64,000 bases of DNA, taken from Candidatus Bathyarchaeota archaeon. Its GTDB lineage: Archaea; Thermoproteota; Bathyarchaeia; Bathyarchaeales; Bathycorpusculaceae. The notes beneath the pieces are model-generated. The model saw nothing but the letters and a program-made list of their open reading frames with translations, ran no database searches and had not been told where the DNA came from. This document shows positions 1-9,363 of this stretch, in pieces. Location: contig CAVTBV010000004.1 in NCBI GenBank assembly GCA_963733095.1, positions 20,550-84,549 of the forward strand, read 5' to 3'. Each line of letters opens with the position of its first letter. The stretch's first letter is position 1. A program made the position numbers and the translations under genes.

Positions 1-1
1 A

Positions 2-247
2 GTAGCCTATAGACGTCTTGCCCAAGACAAAATAAGGCAGTATCACGCAGATGCCACATGCAACAGATTATCTTTTGACAGACATGAAGAAGAAACAAAC
101 GTCGATTCTCTCTGTTCAGTCATACTTTCAGGCGGAAGAAAATACTTAGAAAATCCCACAAAAACTCAACTGCCCGACTGGCTACGAACAAGGGCAGCCA
201 TGCCAAATATTCGCGAGCGGCTTAGGGAAACAGCAATTGAACAGTAA
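2..247 (+). CDS. gpgS: Glucosyl-3-phosphoglycerate synthase, C-terminal fragment (gene starts before the window)
   Basis: Frame 2 reads VAYRRLAQDKIRQYHADATCNRLSFDRHEEETNV...LPDWLR...EQ*, resembling the GpgS C-terminus (Y.ADA..N.L.FDRHEEE). It overlaps the start of the downstream phosphatase. Confidence 0.75.
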   Translation, partial: VAYRRLAQDKIRQYHADATCNRLSFDRHEEETNVDSLCSVILSGGRKYLENPTKTQLPDWLRTRAAMPNIRERLRETAIEQ

Positions 248-1013
248 AAACCCAAAGGTTATCGTTTTCGCCGACCTCGACGGAACCCTGCTTAACGAGA
301 AATACTCTTCCAAAGACGTGGAACCAACCCTCAACCAGCTCTTATCCTTAAACGTCTCCATCGTTTTCAACAGTAGTAAAACCAAAAGCGAAATTGCTTA
401 CTACAGAAAAAAATTGTGCATAAACGACCCCTTCATCGTTGAAAACGGGTCAGCCATAATAATACCCGACAACTACTTTCAAGTAAACTACAAATTTTCA
501 AAGCATACTTCAGGTTACAACATAATTGAACTTGGAACTTCCTATGCCAATGTAAGAAAAAAACTATCCGCCATAACGAGGCAAACAGGTGCTGCCATCG
601 TTGGATTCGGAGATATGACAGTGGAGGCTATAGCTAGAGACAGCGGTTTACCCTTATCCTTGGCGCGTTTAGCTAAAAAAAGACAATACAGCGAACCATT
701 CAAGATTTTAAGCGGAAAAGAAAGCGAGGTCTTGCAGGCTATTGGTAAAGAAGGGCTTTGCTACGTTAAAGGCGGGCGGTATTTCCATGCTACTGGAAGC
801 TGCGATAAAGGAAAGGCCATTTTGATTCTAAAAGAGCTGTTTTTGCATCAGTACCCTGAAATCTTTACAATCGGCGTGGGGGATAGCGATAATGACTTGC
901 CCATGCTCGAAGTCGTCGATAAGCCCTTTTGCGTAAAAGATACGGCGGAGAAAAAAGCGGTGTGGAGCAATATCCAAGCGCTTGCTGAACCTAAATTAAC
1001 GGGGTACAACTAA
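237..1013 (+). CDS. Glucosyl/mannosyl-3-phosphoglycerate phosphatase (HAD-IIB)
   Basis: DLDGTLL, SSKT, ENG, GGRYFH, DKGKA and GDSDND motifs; follows gpgS. Confidence 0.88.
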   Translation: MNSKNPKVIVFADLDGTLLNEKYSSKDVEPTLNQLLSLNVSIVFNSSKTKSEIAYYRKKLCINDPFIVENGSAIIIPDNYFQVNYKFSKHTSGYNIIELGTSYANVRKKLSAITRQTGAAIVGFGDMTVEAIARDSGLPLSLARLAKKRQYSEPFKILSGKESEVLQAIGKEGLCYVKGGRYFHATGSCDKGKAILILKELFLHQYPEIFTIGVGDSDNDLPMLEVVDKPFCVKDTAEKKAVWSNIQALAEPKLTGYN

Positions 1014-2245
1014 TACTGGTCATACAAGTAATGCCTAAGTTCTCTGAAGACTTTTGCTTCTTCCAGCACTCTTAATTCAGCTTTTTCACGAGATTCATGC
1101 CACGTCTCTTTTAAGAAAGCAGCAACCCGTCCGATCCAAAGCACCCTTAACGCATCGATTAACGTGGCTCTATCTGTGAGGTGGCTTTTGTGGAATCCTG
1201 CAATAAAAGAATAAACGGTTTTTGCCCAAACCTCAGAAGAAAAGACAATGTCTGTTTTGTCTATGTTTTTTAGTTCATCGAATTTATCAATTATCTCTTG
1301 AGCTAACCATTGTTTGTAGACTGGGTAGAAAGAGTCGTAGTTACTCTTGAATGCCTCTATGGTTCCTGGAAGGGAAACTTGGATTTGTTCGGGTGTAGAG
1401 TGGTTCTGTTTTTCACCGATCATTTCTGTTTCTGAGAAACCATCTGTTTTTTTCCACACCGCTTCGTAATTTTCGATTAAGGTAAACATGGTGTTCATGA
1501 CTTGCCTAAACATGGACGCCAATTGGCTTGATGGGTCTTTGGCGTCGTGTGCTTTGATGCCTAAATAGGCTTGCTTTACTTCGTAGTCTTTTGCCAAAGC
1601 AGTGAAGGTTTCAAAGATATCGATGCCGAATCGGTTAACGTCGGACAGATCCCACATCGGCGAATTCAAAAGGTCGTTCACTAACTCGGAAGAAAAGCCA
1701 AAGTCTCCGCCAATGGGTTGCCTAATATCTTTTCCAAACAAGCTTGTCGTTATAGGATAACATAGGAAATTGGTTATTGTTCCGTCGTATTTTCGACGGT
1801 TATAGTAGGGGGCTACAAACCCTGTTCCAGTCATTGTTGGAGAAATTAATAGTTTCATCCACTCGGGGGTTATGCTGCGTAAGTCTGAATCGACCAACGC
1901 TACACTCTTAACGTTTAAGATTTTTGCTGCCTCAAAGATAGCCCTGACTGCTCTTCCTTTGCCCGATATACCCATGTAGATTGCAGGTATCAATTTGACT
2001 TCAGAGGGTAAATAGACTTTCTTAACAGATGTTAAAGTATCATCCTTGGAGTTTCCATCCGACACAAATATGGCGGATTTATATTTTGGAAAATACGTAT
2101 CCAACCCCTTGGTTACTTGAGAGAGTACATAACTTGCCGTGAGCACGTTGTTGAACGAGGGAATGCCGACTAAAATGTCGGCTGTTTCAATGTTATGCAG
2201 GTAAATGTGAGCATCTAAGGATAATGCGGAATCTTCAATCTTCAT
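1010..2245 (-). CDS. Single-step glucosylglycerate synthase-like glycosyltransferase (Ggs/MgS-like)
   Basis: ADILVGIPSFNN, GKG, VDSDLRSITPEW, YDGTITN, RQPIGGDFG and FGIDI motifs. Confidence 0.75.
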   Translation of the reverse strand: MKIEDSALSLDAHIYLHNIETADILVGIPSFNNVLTASYVLSQVTKGLDTYFPKYKSAIFVSDGNSKDDTLTSVKKVYLPSEVKLIPAIYMGISGKGRAVRAIFEAAKILNVKSVALVDSDLRSITPEWMKLLISPTMTGTGFVAPYYNRRKYDGTITNFLCYPITTSLFGKDIRQPIGGDFGFSSELVNDLLNSPMWDLSDVNRFGIDIFETFTALAKDYEVKQAYLGIKAHDAKDPSSQLASMFRQVMNTMFTLIENYEAVWKKTDGFSETEMIGEKQNHSTPEQIQVSLPGTIEAFKSNYDSFYPVYKQWLAQEIIDKFDELKNIDKTDIVFSSEVWAKTVYSFIAGFHKSHLTDRATLIDALRVLWIGRVAAFLKETWHESREKAELRVLEEAKVFRELRHYLYDQY

Positions 2246-2351
2246 TAAGCATCCTGAATGTAAATCGTTTCTTTTCTAAAAAATCATTCGCATAAAAACG
2301 CAGCTAACTGGAGAATAACTGAAACATGGGTTTCCAACGAATAATGCGTTT

Positions 2352-3719
2352 TTATCCGATAATCAGTGAAACGTCATTTACGTTGGTTCCCGTTGGTCCA
2401 GTAAAGATCAAATCCCCGAGTTTTGACAAGAAATGGTAAGAATCATTTTCGGCAAGATAGTGTTTAGGATCTAACCCCAACTTTTCTGCCCTCTTAAGAG
2501 TGTATGAATCCACGATTGCTCCTGCCGCATCGGTTGGTCCATCAACACCATCCGTACTAAAAGAAACAAAAACGCATTCCCGATTTTCCTTCAAGTTTAA
2601 TGTAGCAGAAAGCGCAAGCTCTTGATTTCTACCCCCTAATCCTTTGCCGGTCACGGTTACCGTTGTTTCTCCACCTGCAACAACCGCCAAAGGCTTTGGA
2701 ACAGGCGCGTCAGGAGCAAGCAACCTGCAAGCAAATTCCGCCAAACTTTTGCCTGTGTCCCTTGCTTCTCCCTCTAAAGTGTCAGCCAAAAATAGTGTGT
2801 TGAAGCCTTGTGAGTTTAAGTAATCAACGGCGGTTAAGGTTGCAGTTCGATTGTTACCGATAATCATGTTGTAAACTTTTTTGAACACTGGATCCTTCGG
2901 CTTAGGTGTCTCTTCTATCAACCCTTCCGTTCCTTTTGATAGGACTTGACGAATGGATTTGGGCGTATTCGCCCACAGGTTGTATTTTTCCAGAATTTGT
3001 TTTGCCTGCTCAAATGTGGATTGATCGGGTACTGTTGGTCCGGAAGCGATTGAATCTAACGGGTCACCCATGACATCGGATAGGACAAGATTTAGAACTG
3101 TAGCTGGATACGCTTTTTTTGCGAGCCAACCGCCTTTGATTGCGGAAAGATGTTTGCGTACACAGTTAATCTCAGTGATCGGAGAGCCGCTCTTAAGAAG
3201 CATACTTGTTAACGTTTGCTTATCCTTCAGACTTATCCCTGTTCTTGGAAGTGGCATAAGACTTGAACCCCCACCCGAAATTAAACAAACAACCAGATCA
3301 TCCTTTTCTGCTTTTTCAGCAATTTCTATAATAAGTTGGGTGCCTTGAACGCCTGCTTCGTTGGGAATTGGATGGCTAACCTCGTTAAGTTCGATGACTT
3401 GGGTATTTTGTCTTGTGCCGGTGGGTATGTTTACCGCGCCCGCAGTTATGTGCTCTCCCAGAACTTCTTCGATGGCTTGCGCCATTTTAGCCCCCGCTTT
3501 GCCGCCGCCAACCACATAAACATGCTTGAACTTGCTTAAGTCAAAAGAAAAGCTTTCCACTTGAAGATGACCGTTTTCAACTTTAACTTTACGCTTTACC
3601 AACTGCTTGGGCTCAACCGCGTTAACTATATGCTCTATACATTGGAGTCCTATGGCGCGGTATTTTCGCGTGATCGGCGTTTCGCCGTTTTCGACTAATT
3701 TTTCTTGATTTTGTGTCAT
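2352..3719 (-). CDS. Glycerate 2-kinase (MOFRL family)
   Basis: GGGKA, ISGGGSSL, RKHLSAIKGG, ASGPT, GGETTV, GGRNQE, TDGVDG and TGTNVND motifs. Confidence 0.92.
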   Translation of the reverse strand: MTQNQEKLVENGETPITRKYRAIGLQCIEHIVNAVEPKQLVKRKVKVENGHLQVESFSFDLSKFKHVYVVGGGKAGAKMAQAIEEVLGEHITAGAVNIPTGTRQNTQVIELNEVSHPIPNEAGVQGTQLIIEIAEKAEKDDLVVCLISGGGSSLMPLPRTGISLKDKQTLTSMLLKSGSPITEINCVRKHLSAIKGGWLAKKAYPATVLNLVLSDVMGDPLDSIASGPTVPDQSTFEQAKQILEKYNLWANTPKSIRQVLSKGTEGLIEETPKPKDPVFKKVYNMIIGNNRTATLTAVDYLNSQGFNTLFLADTLEGEARDTGKSLAEFACRLLAPDAPVPKPLAVVAGGETTVTVTGKGLGGRNQELALSATLNLKENRECVFVSFSTDGVDGPTDAAGAIVDSYTLKRAEKLGLDPKHYLAENDSYHFLSKLGDLIFTGPTGTNVNDVSLIIG

Positions 3720-3892
3720 TAGTTTACCGTCGAATAAATATCAGCTAAGAGTTTAGATAATAAAAATATTTACTAAAACGTTAACACGACTCCGCCGCGT
3801 GGAAAAAAAATTTTTTAGTATAGGAGCTGGCTGCAACAAACAAGATAAGAAATTAGCAACACTAATATGGCACAAAACTGCTTATCCATCTT

Positions 3893-3990
3893 AGTTCTTG
3901 GGGAGCTGGGAAAATGACCTGGCTGAGAGGACGGCTGTTTGCTGTCGACCCTTAGGAACCTGAACCAGGTAATACTGGCGGAGGGAAACA
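3893..3990 (+). ncRNA. TPP (THI-box) riboswitch
   Basis: GGGGAGC, P3 (GCTGGG/CCTGGC), CTGAGA, P3a (GACGGC/GCTGTC), ACCCTT, GAACCTGA, CCAGGTAATACTGG and CGGAGGGAA match the TPP aptamer consensus; it sits directly before a thiamine transporter. Confidence 0.93.
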
Positions 3991-3993
3991 TAA

Positions 3994-4542
3994 TTGAACA
4001 CCCCAAATACAAGTGAATATAAAAACCAAAATTCCTTTAGAAATCCCAAAGTTTTAGCTGAAACCGCGATTTTTATTGCCTTGGCAACCGCGCTAAGTCT
4101 AATTGTTGTGTATACTTTGCCACAGGGTGGATCCATCACTGCTGCATCGATGGTTCCGATTTTGTGGTTGGCGCTTAGAAGAGGACCCAAAGTAGGTATA
4201 GCCGCAGGAGTTTTGTACGGGTTTATTCAGCTTGGCCTTTTACCCTATGTGATTAATCCAGTGCAGTTGTTACTTGATTATCCCTTAGCATTCGGAGTCC
4301 TTGGCTTAGCAGGATTATTCCAAAAATATCCTCTTGCTGGTGCAGCTGTTGGAATTTCTGGAAGATTCATTATGCATTTTGTTGCAGGTGTATTTTACTG
4401 GGCACCAATAGAGGCTCCAAACCTAAACCCGTTTGTTTACTCAGCCGTATACAACGCAAGCTACATACTCCCAGAACTTGTAATAAGTGGATTCATACTT
4501 TATTTGCTGCAGAAGAGTAACGTCCTGCGAGCGTTCATGTAA
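3994..4542 (+). CDS. thiT: Thiamine transporter ThiT (ECF S-component type)
   Basis: LPQGGSIT, RRGPKVG, PVQLLLDYPLAF, RFIMHFVAG and YSAVYN motifs; hydrophobic; upstream TPP riboswitch. Confidence 0.88.
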   Translation: MNTPNTSEYKNQNSFRNPKVLAETAIFIALATALSLIVVYTLPQGGSITAASMVPILWLALRRGPKVGIAAGVLYGFIQLGLLPYVINPVQLLLDYPLAFGVLGLAGLFQKYPLAGAAVGISGRFIMHFVAGVFYWAPIEAPNLNPFVYSAVYNASYILPELVISGFILYLLQKSNVLRAFM

Positions 4543-5541
4543 TTGGGAAAACTTAATGCTAAAGAACTCCAAAAAATGTTGGATTGCATTCGGAAGGATT
4601 TTCGAGTTATCGTCCCACCCATGATTGGGTACGATGCAGGAGTACACCTTTTACATGGCAAGTATGTGGCCGTCGCAACGGATCCATGCACTGGCGTTCC
4701 TGAAGAGTGGTTTGGTTGGTTAATGATTAATTATGCTGCTTCGGATGTGGCTTTGTTTGGAGCTAGACCTGAATTTTGCACCATAACCCTCCTCGGACCG
4801 ATAGGAACAAAACCTGAAGTCTTCCAAAAAATCATGAAACAAACCTGCAGTGCCGCCGACGAATTAGGAATAGCTATTGTTCGCGGGCACACAGGTATGT
4901 ACGGCAGCATCAAAGAACCGCTTGGAGTATGCACAGTTTACGGAATCGTGGAACCCAAGAAGTTGATTACGCCGGGAAACGCCAAGGCGGGCGATTTGAT
5001 TCTGTGCACAAAGCCGCTTGGTTTAGAGACAATTACCAACTTCTCGCTGACCCAAAAGGAAAAAGCCCGGGAGCTCTTTGGTGCTGATAAACAAGGAGAA
5101 TTCGAAAAACTGGTCTACTTGCAAAGTTGCGTAAAGGAAGCTTTTGAGCTTGCAGAAGTAGGTGGGGTCCATGCGATGCATGACGCGACGGAAGGCGGGT
5201 TTGTGGCAGCGCTCAATGAGTTGGCCGGGGCTTCCAAGGTTGGTTTTAAGGTTGAATGGGAAAAATTGCCCCTAACCAACGAGGTCTTTGCCTTGCAGAA
5301 TCACTTTAAGCTCACTGATGAACAGGTCTTGGCGATGTCTTCAACGGGCACTATTTTGGCGGCTATTAAATTAGAAATGCAAGAAAAAGTTAAAGCAGCA
5401 TTAAACAAAAATGGGCTTTCATCTTGCATCATAGGTGAATTCACTGAAAAACAAGAACGCATCTTGATTAAGAAAGGAAAAGATACACCTTTTCCAAGCC
5501 TTGCCGACGATCCCTACACACAGATTCTTTCAGGGAAATAG
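4543..5541 (+). CDS. AIR synthase-related (PurM/HypE/ThiL superfamily) protein
   Basis: G.DAG, ATDP, SDVA..GA.P, GHT, GDLIL.TK and AMHDATEGG motifs; starts immediately after the thiT stop. Confidence 0.85.
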   Translation: MGKLNAKELQKMLDCIRKDFRVIVPPMIGYDAGVHLLHGKYVAVATDPCTGVPEEWFGWLMINYAASDVALFGARPEFCTITLLGPIGTKPEVFQKIMKQTCSAADELGIAIVRGHTGMYGSIKEPLGVCTVYGIVEPKKLITPGNAKAGDLILCTKPLGLETITNFSLTQKEKARELFGADKQGEFEKLVYLQSCVKEAFELAEVGGVHAMHDATEGGFVAALNELAGASKVGFKVEWEKLPLTNEVFALQNHFKLTDEQVLAMSSTGTILAAIKLEMQEKVKAALNKNGLSSCIIGEFTEKQERILIKKGKDTPFPSLADDPYTQILSGK

Positions 5542-6420
5542 TTATTTTTTGATTTCCTTTAGGACAAAAGTGACTATTTCTTCGGCGATATTAACTTTTG
5601 CGACAACCTGCAAGCCCTTCCAACCAGGCTGACTATTCACGTCAACAATGCGTGGTCCATCTGGTCCTTCAAGAATGTCTACGCCCGCGATTTTGCAGCC
5701 AACGGCCTTCGCAGATTTGACTGCTAATTCCTTGAATTCGTCACTGATTTCTGCGGGTGCAGGTTTTGCTCCTTGGCTGTAATTTGTTTTCCAGCCTGTT
5801 GCCACACGCCGCATGGAGGCTACAACTTGGTCTCCGATGACGAATGCGCGTAAGTCTGAGGTTCCGTGGGGCACGAATTCCTGCATGTAGATTACGCCGT
5901 GGTGGAAGGTGATTGCTTTGAAAACTGTGTCGGCGATGTCTACGTCGTTTATTCGTGTGGCTCCTTGTCCGCGTGAGCCAAAGATGGGTTTAACAACGAT
6001 GTTGCCGCCGAGTTCACTAAAAGCCCTCAGCGCCTCGTTTACGCTTTCGGTGGCTAAGGTGCGTGGCACAGGAACGCCTACATCTTCGAGAATGGCTAAA
6101 ATGTCGTATTTGTCGACGCAGTGCTCGATGGCTGTGGGTGGGTTGACCATGTAGAAGCCTTTGCGTTCCAGCTTGTAGAGCATATCCATGCGGAAAACCA
6201 GTTCCTCCAACGAACCGCGCCCAATTGGGCGAATTATAAGGGCGTCCAAATCGTCAAGGATGCTGGTGCCGTTAACTTTAAAGTAAGGCCTATACGCCAG
6301 TCGCGCGACAAGTCTTGGAAAAGTAAAACACTCATAGGGGATGCCCCTCTTGGTTAGTGCTTCTCTTACTTGTGTGGAGCTCCATGCTTCCATGTTCCGT
6401 GTCATGATTCCAAATTTCAT
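5542..6420 (-). CDS. RimK-family ATP-grasp alpha-L-glutamate ligase (MptN/CofF-like)
   Basis: DK, VP.T, VVKPIFGSRG.G, QEFV, DLRAFV, WKTN, GVDIL and DVNSQPGW motifs; likely start MKFGIMTRN at 6420. Confidence 0.85.
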   Translation of the reverse strand: MKFGIMTRNMEAWSSTQVREALTKRGIPYECFTFPRLVARLAYRPYFKVNGTSILDDLDALIIRPIGRGSLEELVFRMDMLYKLERKGFYMVNPPTAIEHCVDKYDILAILEDVGVPVPRTLATESVNEALRAFSELGGNIVVKPIFGSRGQGATRINDVDIADTVFKAITFHHGVIYMQEFVPHGTSDLRAFVIGDQVVASMRRVATGWKTNYSQGAKPAPAEISDEFKELAVKSAKAVGCKIAGVDILEGPDGPRIVDVNSQPGWKGLQVVAKVNIAEEIVTFVLKEIKK

Positions 6421-6636
6421 CTGGGTCGGTCCTTGCTTTTCTTTTAGAACATGCACAGGGTTTAGCTCTTAAAGCTTCTGTGTTAAATATGGGGTTTCAG
6501 AAATTTGTCGCCAAAGAGTCAGCCAAAAGAGCTTGACGATAAACGTACATGAGGATACTGATTTGATTGATTTGGTTGAGATTTGGGAATTATTTTATAT
6601 GGTATTTTTGTCATAGAAGCTTTTGGTGAATTATTT

Positions 6637-6717
6637 TTGGCCATTCAAGAACAAAGAGTCCGAAAGCCCAAGTTGCCTAAAAATAAACGGTTACTTAAAA
6701 AGATCAACCGCAGATAA
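6637..6717 (+). CDS. Putative 26-aa basic peptide (MAIQEQRVRKPKLPKNKRLLKKINRR)
   Basis: TTG start preceded by GGTGA, with TATA-like TTTTATAT at 6593-6600. Below the ORF-track cutoff. Confidence 0.3.
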   Translation: MAIQEQRVRKPKLPKNKRLLKKINRR

Positions 6718-6832
6718 ACTCCTTTAAGTCTAATGTTTTCTTCCCAAAAAAATAGTCGAGGGTATGTCGCTACAAATTAGTTTCGGGAGAAAACAGAAAA
6801 AAATTGGGCTTTCCAATGTTAAATTGCCGAAA

Positions 6833-7333
6833 TCAAAAGCTTCTTAATCTGGTGTAAAACGATTCTAAGGCTTCTCTGTTTTTACCCAACACGTCACCGA
6901 TGAACGCACCAAAAGCCAAGCAGATTATTAGGCTTGTTATAGCAAAGAAGTCAACACCTATGGCGCTTGAAATCTGCTCAGTAACTCCAGTTGCGTTGAA
7001 GGAAAGCACCATTGCAGCCCATATGCAGAAGCCAACGATGGATGCTCCAACAAAAAAGAACGTTGCACGTTTATCATAACCTTCGGTAGACTTGAACCCG
7101 ATGTAAAATGCTAAGCCCATGATCGAAAAAATAGTACCCAAGAGAAGTAGCTCTCTTCCCAAGGAAATCTGCATTACAAATCCAATAGTTACAGCAAAAA
7201 CCAAAATGACCACAGCCAAGGTTATCCAGTAATATTTGCTCTTCAATAGGCTGAACGGTTTTGGCTGTTCCTTAAGCTGTTTCTTCTTCAGTTTGTTCTT
7301 TTTTGGCTGGTTTTTTGGATAAGTCTTGGGCAT
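6833..7333 (-). CDS. Hypothetical membrane protein (Lys-rich N-terminus, about 4 TM helices)
   Basis: Hydrophobic segments; likely start MPKTYPK. Confidence 0.65.
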   Translation of the reverse strand: MPKTYPKNQPKKNKLKKKQLKEQPKPFSLLKSKYYWITLAVVILVFAVTIGFVMQISLGRELLLLGTIFSIMGLAFYIGFKSTEGYDKRATFFFVGASIVGFCIWAAMVLSFNATGVTEQISSAIGVDFFAITSLIICLAFGAFIGDVLGKNREALESFYTRLRSF

Positions 7334-7410
7334 GATACATTGACTATTTTTAACTCTTATTAATTTTTCATAGAAAAATCTCAAAGTCCTCGGTCAACGC
7401 TCTAAACCTG

Positions 7411-9363
7411 TTATTTTACTCTTTCAAGTCGGAGCGTGTTGAGTAGTAGCAGCATCGTTACTCCGTCGTCTCCTGATGCCACCGTAAACCATAACGGCGT
7501 CAAACCCATCAACCCCAACGCACCCAAAATCAACTTCACAACAAGCGATGCAGCTATGTTTTGTCTTGCGATAGTCATTGTTTTGTCGCTTAACTTGAGC
7601 AAATAGGGAATTTGGGCAAGTTCATCTTTGACCAGCACAACATCCGCAGATTCCAAGGCAACATCCACTCCGCGTGCACCCATCGCGATTCCCACGTCAG
7701 AAGCCGCAAGGGCTGGAGCATCGTTAACACCGTCACCAACCATCGCAACCAAGCCACCCTTTCCCTTCATATCCTCAATGCATTGCAACTTATCTTCGGG
7801 AAACAGCTCAGAATGCACATCATCAATACCCAATGTATGCGCCGTATCGTCTGCTATCTCAGCTCTATCACCCGTTAACATGGCAGTCTTTACTTTAGAT
7901 TGCTTTAGCAAACGGATAGCTTTCAAGGCGTCTTCCCTGACTTCATCAACTACGCAAACAGCAGCCAAACCCGTTTTCCCAACCGAAACACAAACTGCAG
8001 TGTGGGTATCCCCGGCAATAACCTCAAAGGCTTCCGTGCAATCGCAGCCCAGCTCACGCATTAACTCCAAGTTACCGATTGCAACGTGTTTTCCGTTCAC
8101 GATGCCCACAATTCCTTTGCCTGGGACCTCCAAAACATCAGTTACCGCGACTTTGCTTAGGTCGATGCCTCGCTCTATAGCTTTGCGCACTATAGCTTGG
8201 GCGATTGAGTGGTTAGAATATTGGTCTAAAGCGGCTGCGTAAGTCAAAGCTTCAATTTCGCTTTTGGTGGTGTCGGGTCGTCTAATTTCGTGGACGGCTT
8301 GTCGCCCAAGCGTGAGCGTTCCTGTTTTATCGAAGACTACGGTTTTTACCTGTGCGAGTTTTTCGATGAAAATTCCGCCTTTTATTATCACACCCCTTTT
8401 CGCGGCGATTGTTATGGCTATGAAGACGGTTGCGGGAACAGATATTATGAAGGCGCTTGGACAAGATACCACAAGCAGGATGAGGGAGCGGTAGAACCAT
8501 GTGCGGAAAGTTCCACCTACGAGATATGGGAGGGCACCAGCGGTGAAAATTGCCAGTGCAATCACGATGGGTACATAAACCTTAGCGAACCTATCAACCA
8601 ACCGTTCTATCGACGCCTTCCTTTTCTGTGACTCCACTACAAGCTGAACAATTCGCGAAACCAACGTTTCCGTAGCCTTCTTGGTAACCACAATCTTAAG
8701 CACCCCAGTCGTGTTTAGTGTGCCTGCGAAGACGCAGTCATTTATGTTTTTGGTCACAGGTACCGACTCACCCGTAACCAACGCCTGATCAACATGCGAA
8801 AAACCCTCAACCACGTTGCCGTCTAAGGGAATTCTTTCTCCAGGCTTAACAAGCAGAACCGCGCCAATTACAATTTCGTTTACATTGACGCTTTTTTCAG
8901 TGCCTTCACTTATTACGCGAGCGTTTTCAGGTATGACTTTGGATATTTTCTCGACTGTCCGTTTTGCCCTGTTTTGGATGTAGCCTTCAAAGTACTCTGC
9001 TAAACAGTAGAGAAACAGCACAGTTGCAGCTTCAAAACGGTAATCCAGGAAAAGTGCACCTAAACCTGCAACCGCCATCAGGAACTCAACGCTAAAGCGT
9101 TTCTCCAAAACCAGCTCTTTTAAGCCGACAGCCCCGATGTAGATAGCCGCGATAAGTACTGCAACATAGTAGAGCACCATGGATAGGGTGGCTGGGACAT
9201 TCAAGATTGGCATGGAGAAGCCAAGCTGCAAACCCTTGGCAAAAAGGTCCAGTAAGCCGCCGACAAGTATAGTTATGCCTAACCAAACAGCAAAGCCAAC
9301 CAGAAGCCGCTTGTTTTCTTCGCCAGCTTTTTCTTTTTCTGGTTTCTCTTTACAAGTGCCCAT
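7411..9363 (-). CDS. Heavy-metal-translocating P1B-type ATPase (Zn/Cd-like)
   Basis: TGES, DKTGTLT, MLTGD and GDGVNDAP motifs; TM motif SCPSA; no N-terminal metal-binding domain. Confidence 0.92.
   Translation of the reverse strand: MGTCKEKPEKEKAGEENKRLLVGFAVWLGITILVGGLLDLFAKGLQLGFSMPILNVPATLSMVLYYVAVLIAAIYIGAVGLKELVLEKRFSVEFLMAVAGLGALFLDYRFEAATVLFLYCLAEYFEGYIQNRAKRTVEKISKVIPENARVISEGTEKSVNVNEIVIGAVLLVKPGERIPLDGNVVEGFSHVDQALVTGESVPVTKNINDCVFAGTLNTTGVLKIVVTKKATETLVSRIVQLVVESQKRKASIERLVDRFAKVYVPIVIALAIFTAGALPYLVGGTFRTWFYRSLILLVVSCPSAFIISVPATVFIAITIAAKRGVIIKGGIFIEKLAQVKTVVFDKTGTLTLGRQAVHEIRRPDTTKSEIEALTYAAALDQYSNHSIAQAIVRKAIERGIDLSKVAVTDVLEVPGKGIVGIVNGKHVAIGNLELMRELGCDCTEAFEVIAGDTHTAVCVSVGKTGLAAVCVVDEVREDALKAIRLLKQSKVKTAMLTGDRAEIADDTAHTLGIDDVHSELFPEDKLQCIEDMKGKGGLVAMVGDGVNDAPALAASDVGIAMGARGVDVALESADVVLVKDELAQIPYLLKLSDKTMTIARQNIAASLVVKLILGALGLMGLTPLWFTVASGDDGVTMLLLLNTLRLERVK

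Noticed and set aside
7612-8631. Long antisense ORFs within the ATPase, and similar ones within uvrA, metG and others
   Set aside because: They overlap confidently assigned genes on the opposite strand and have no recognisable motifs.
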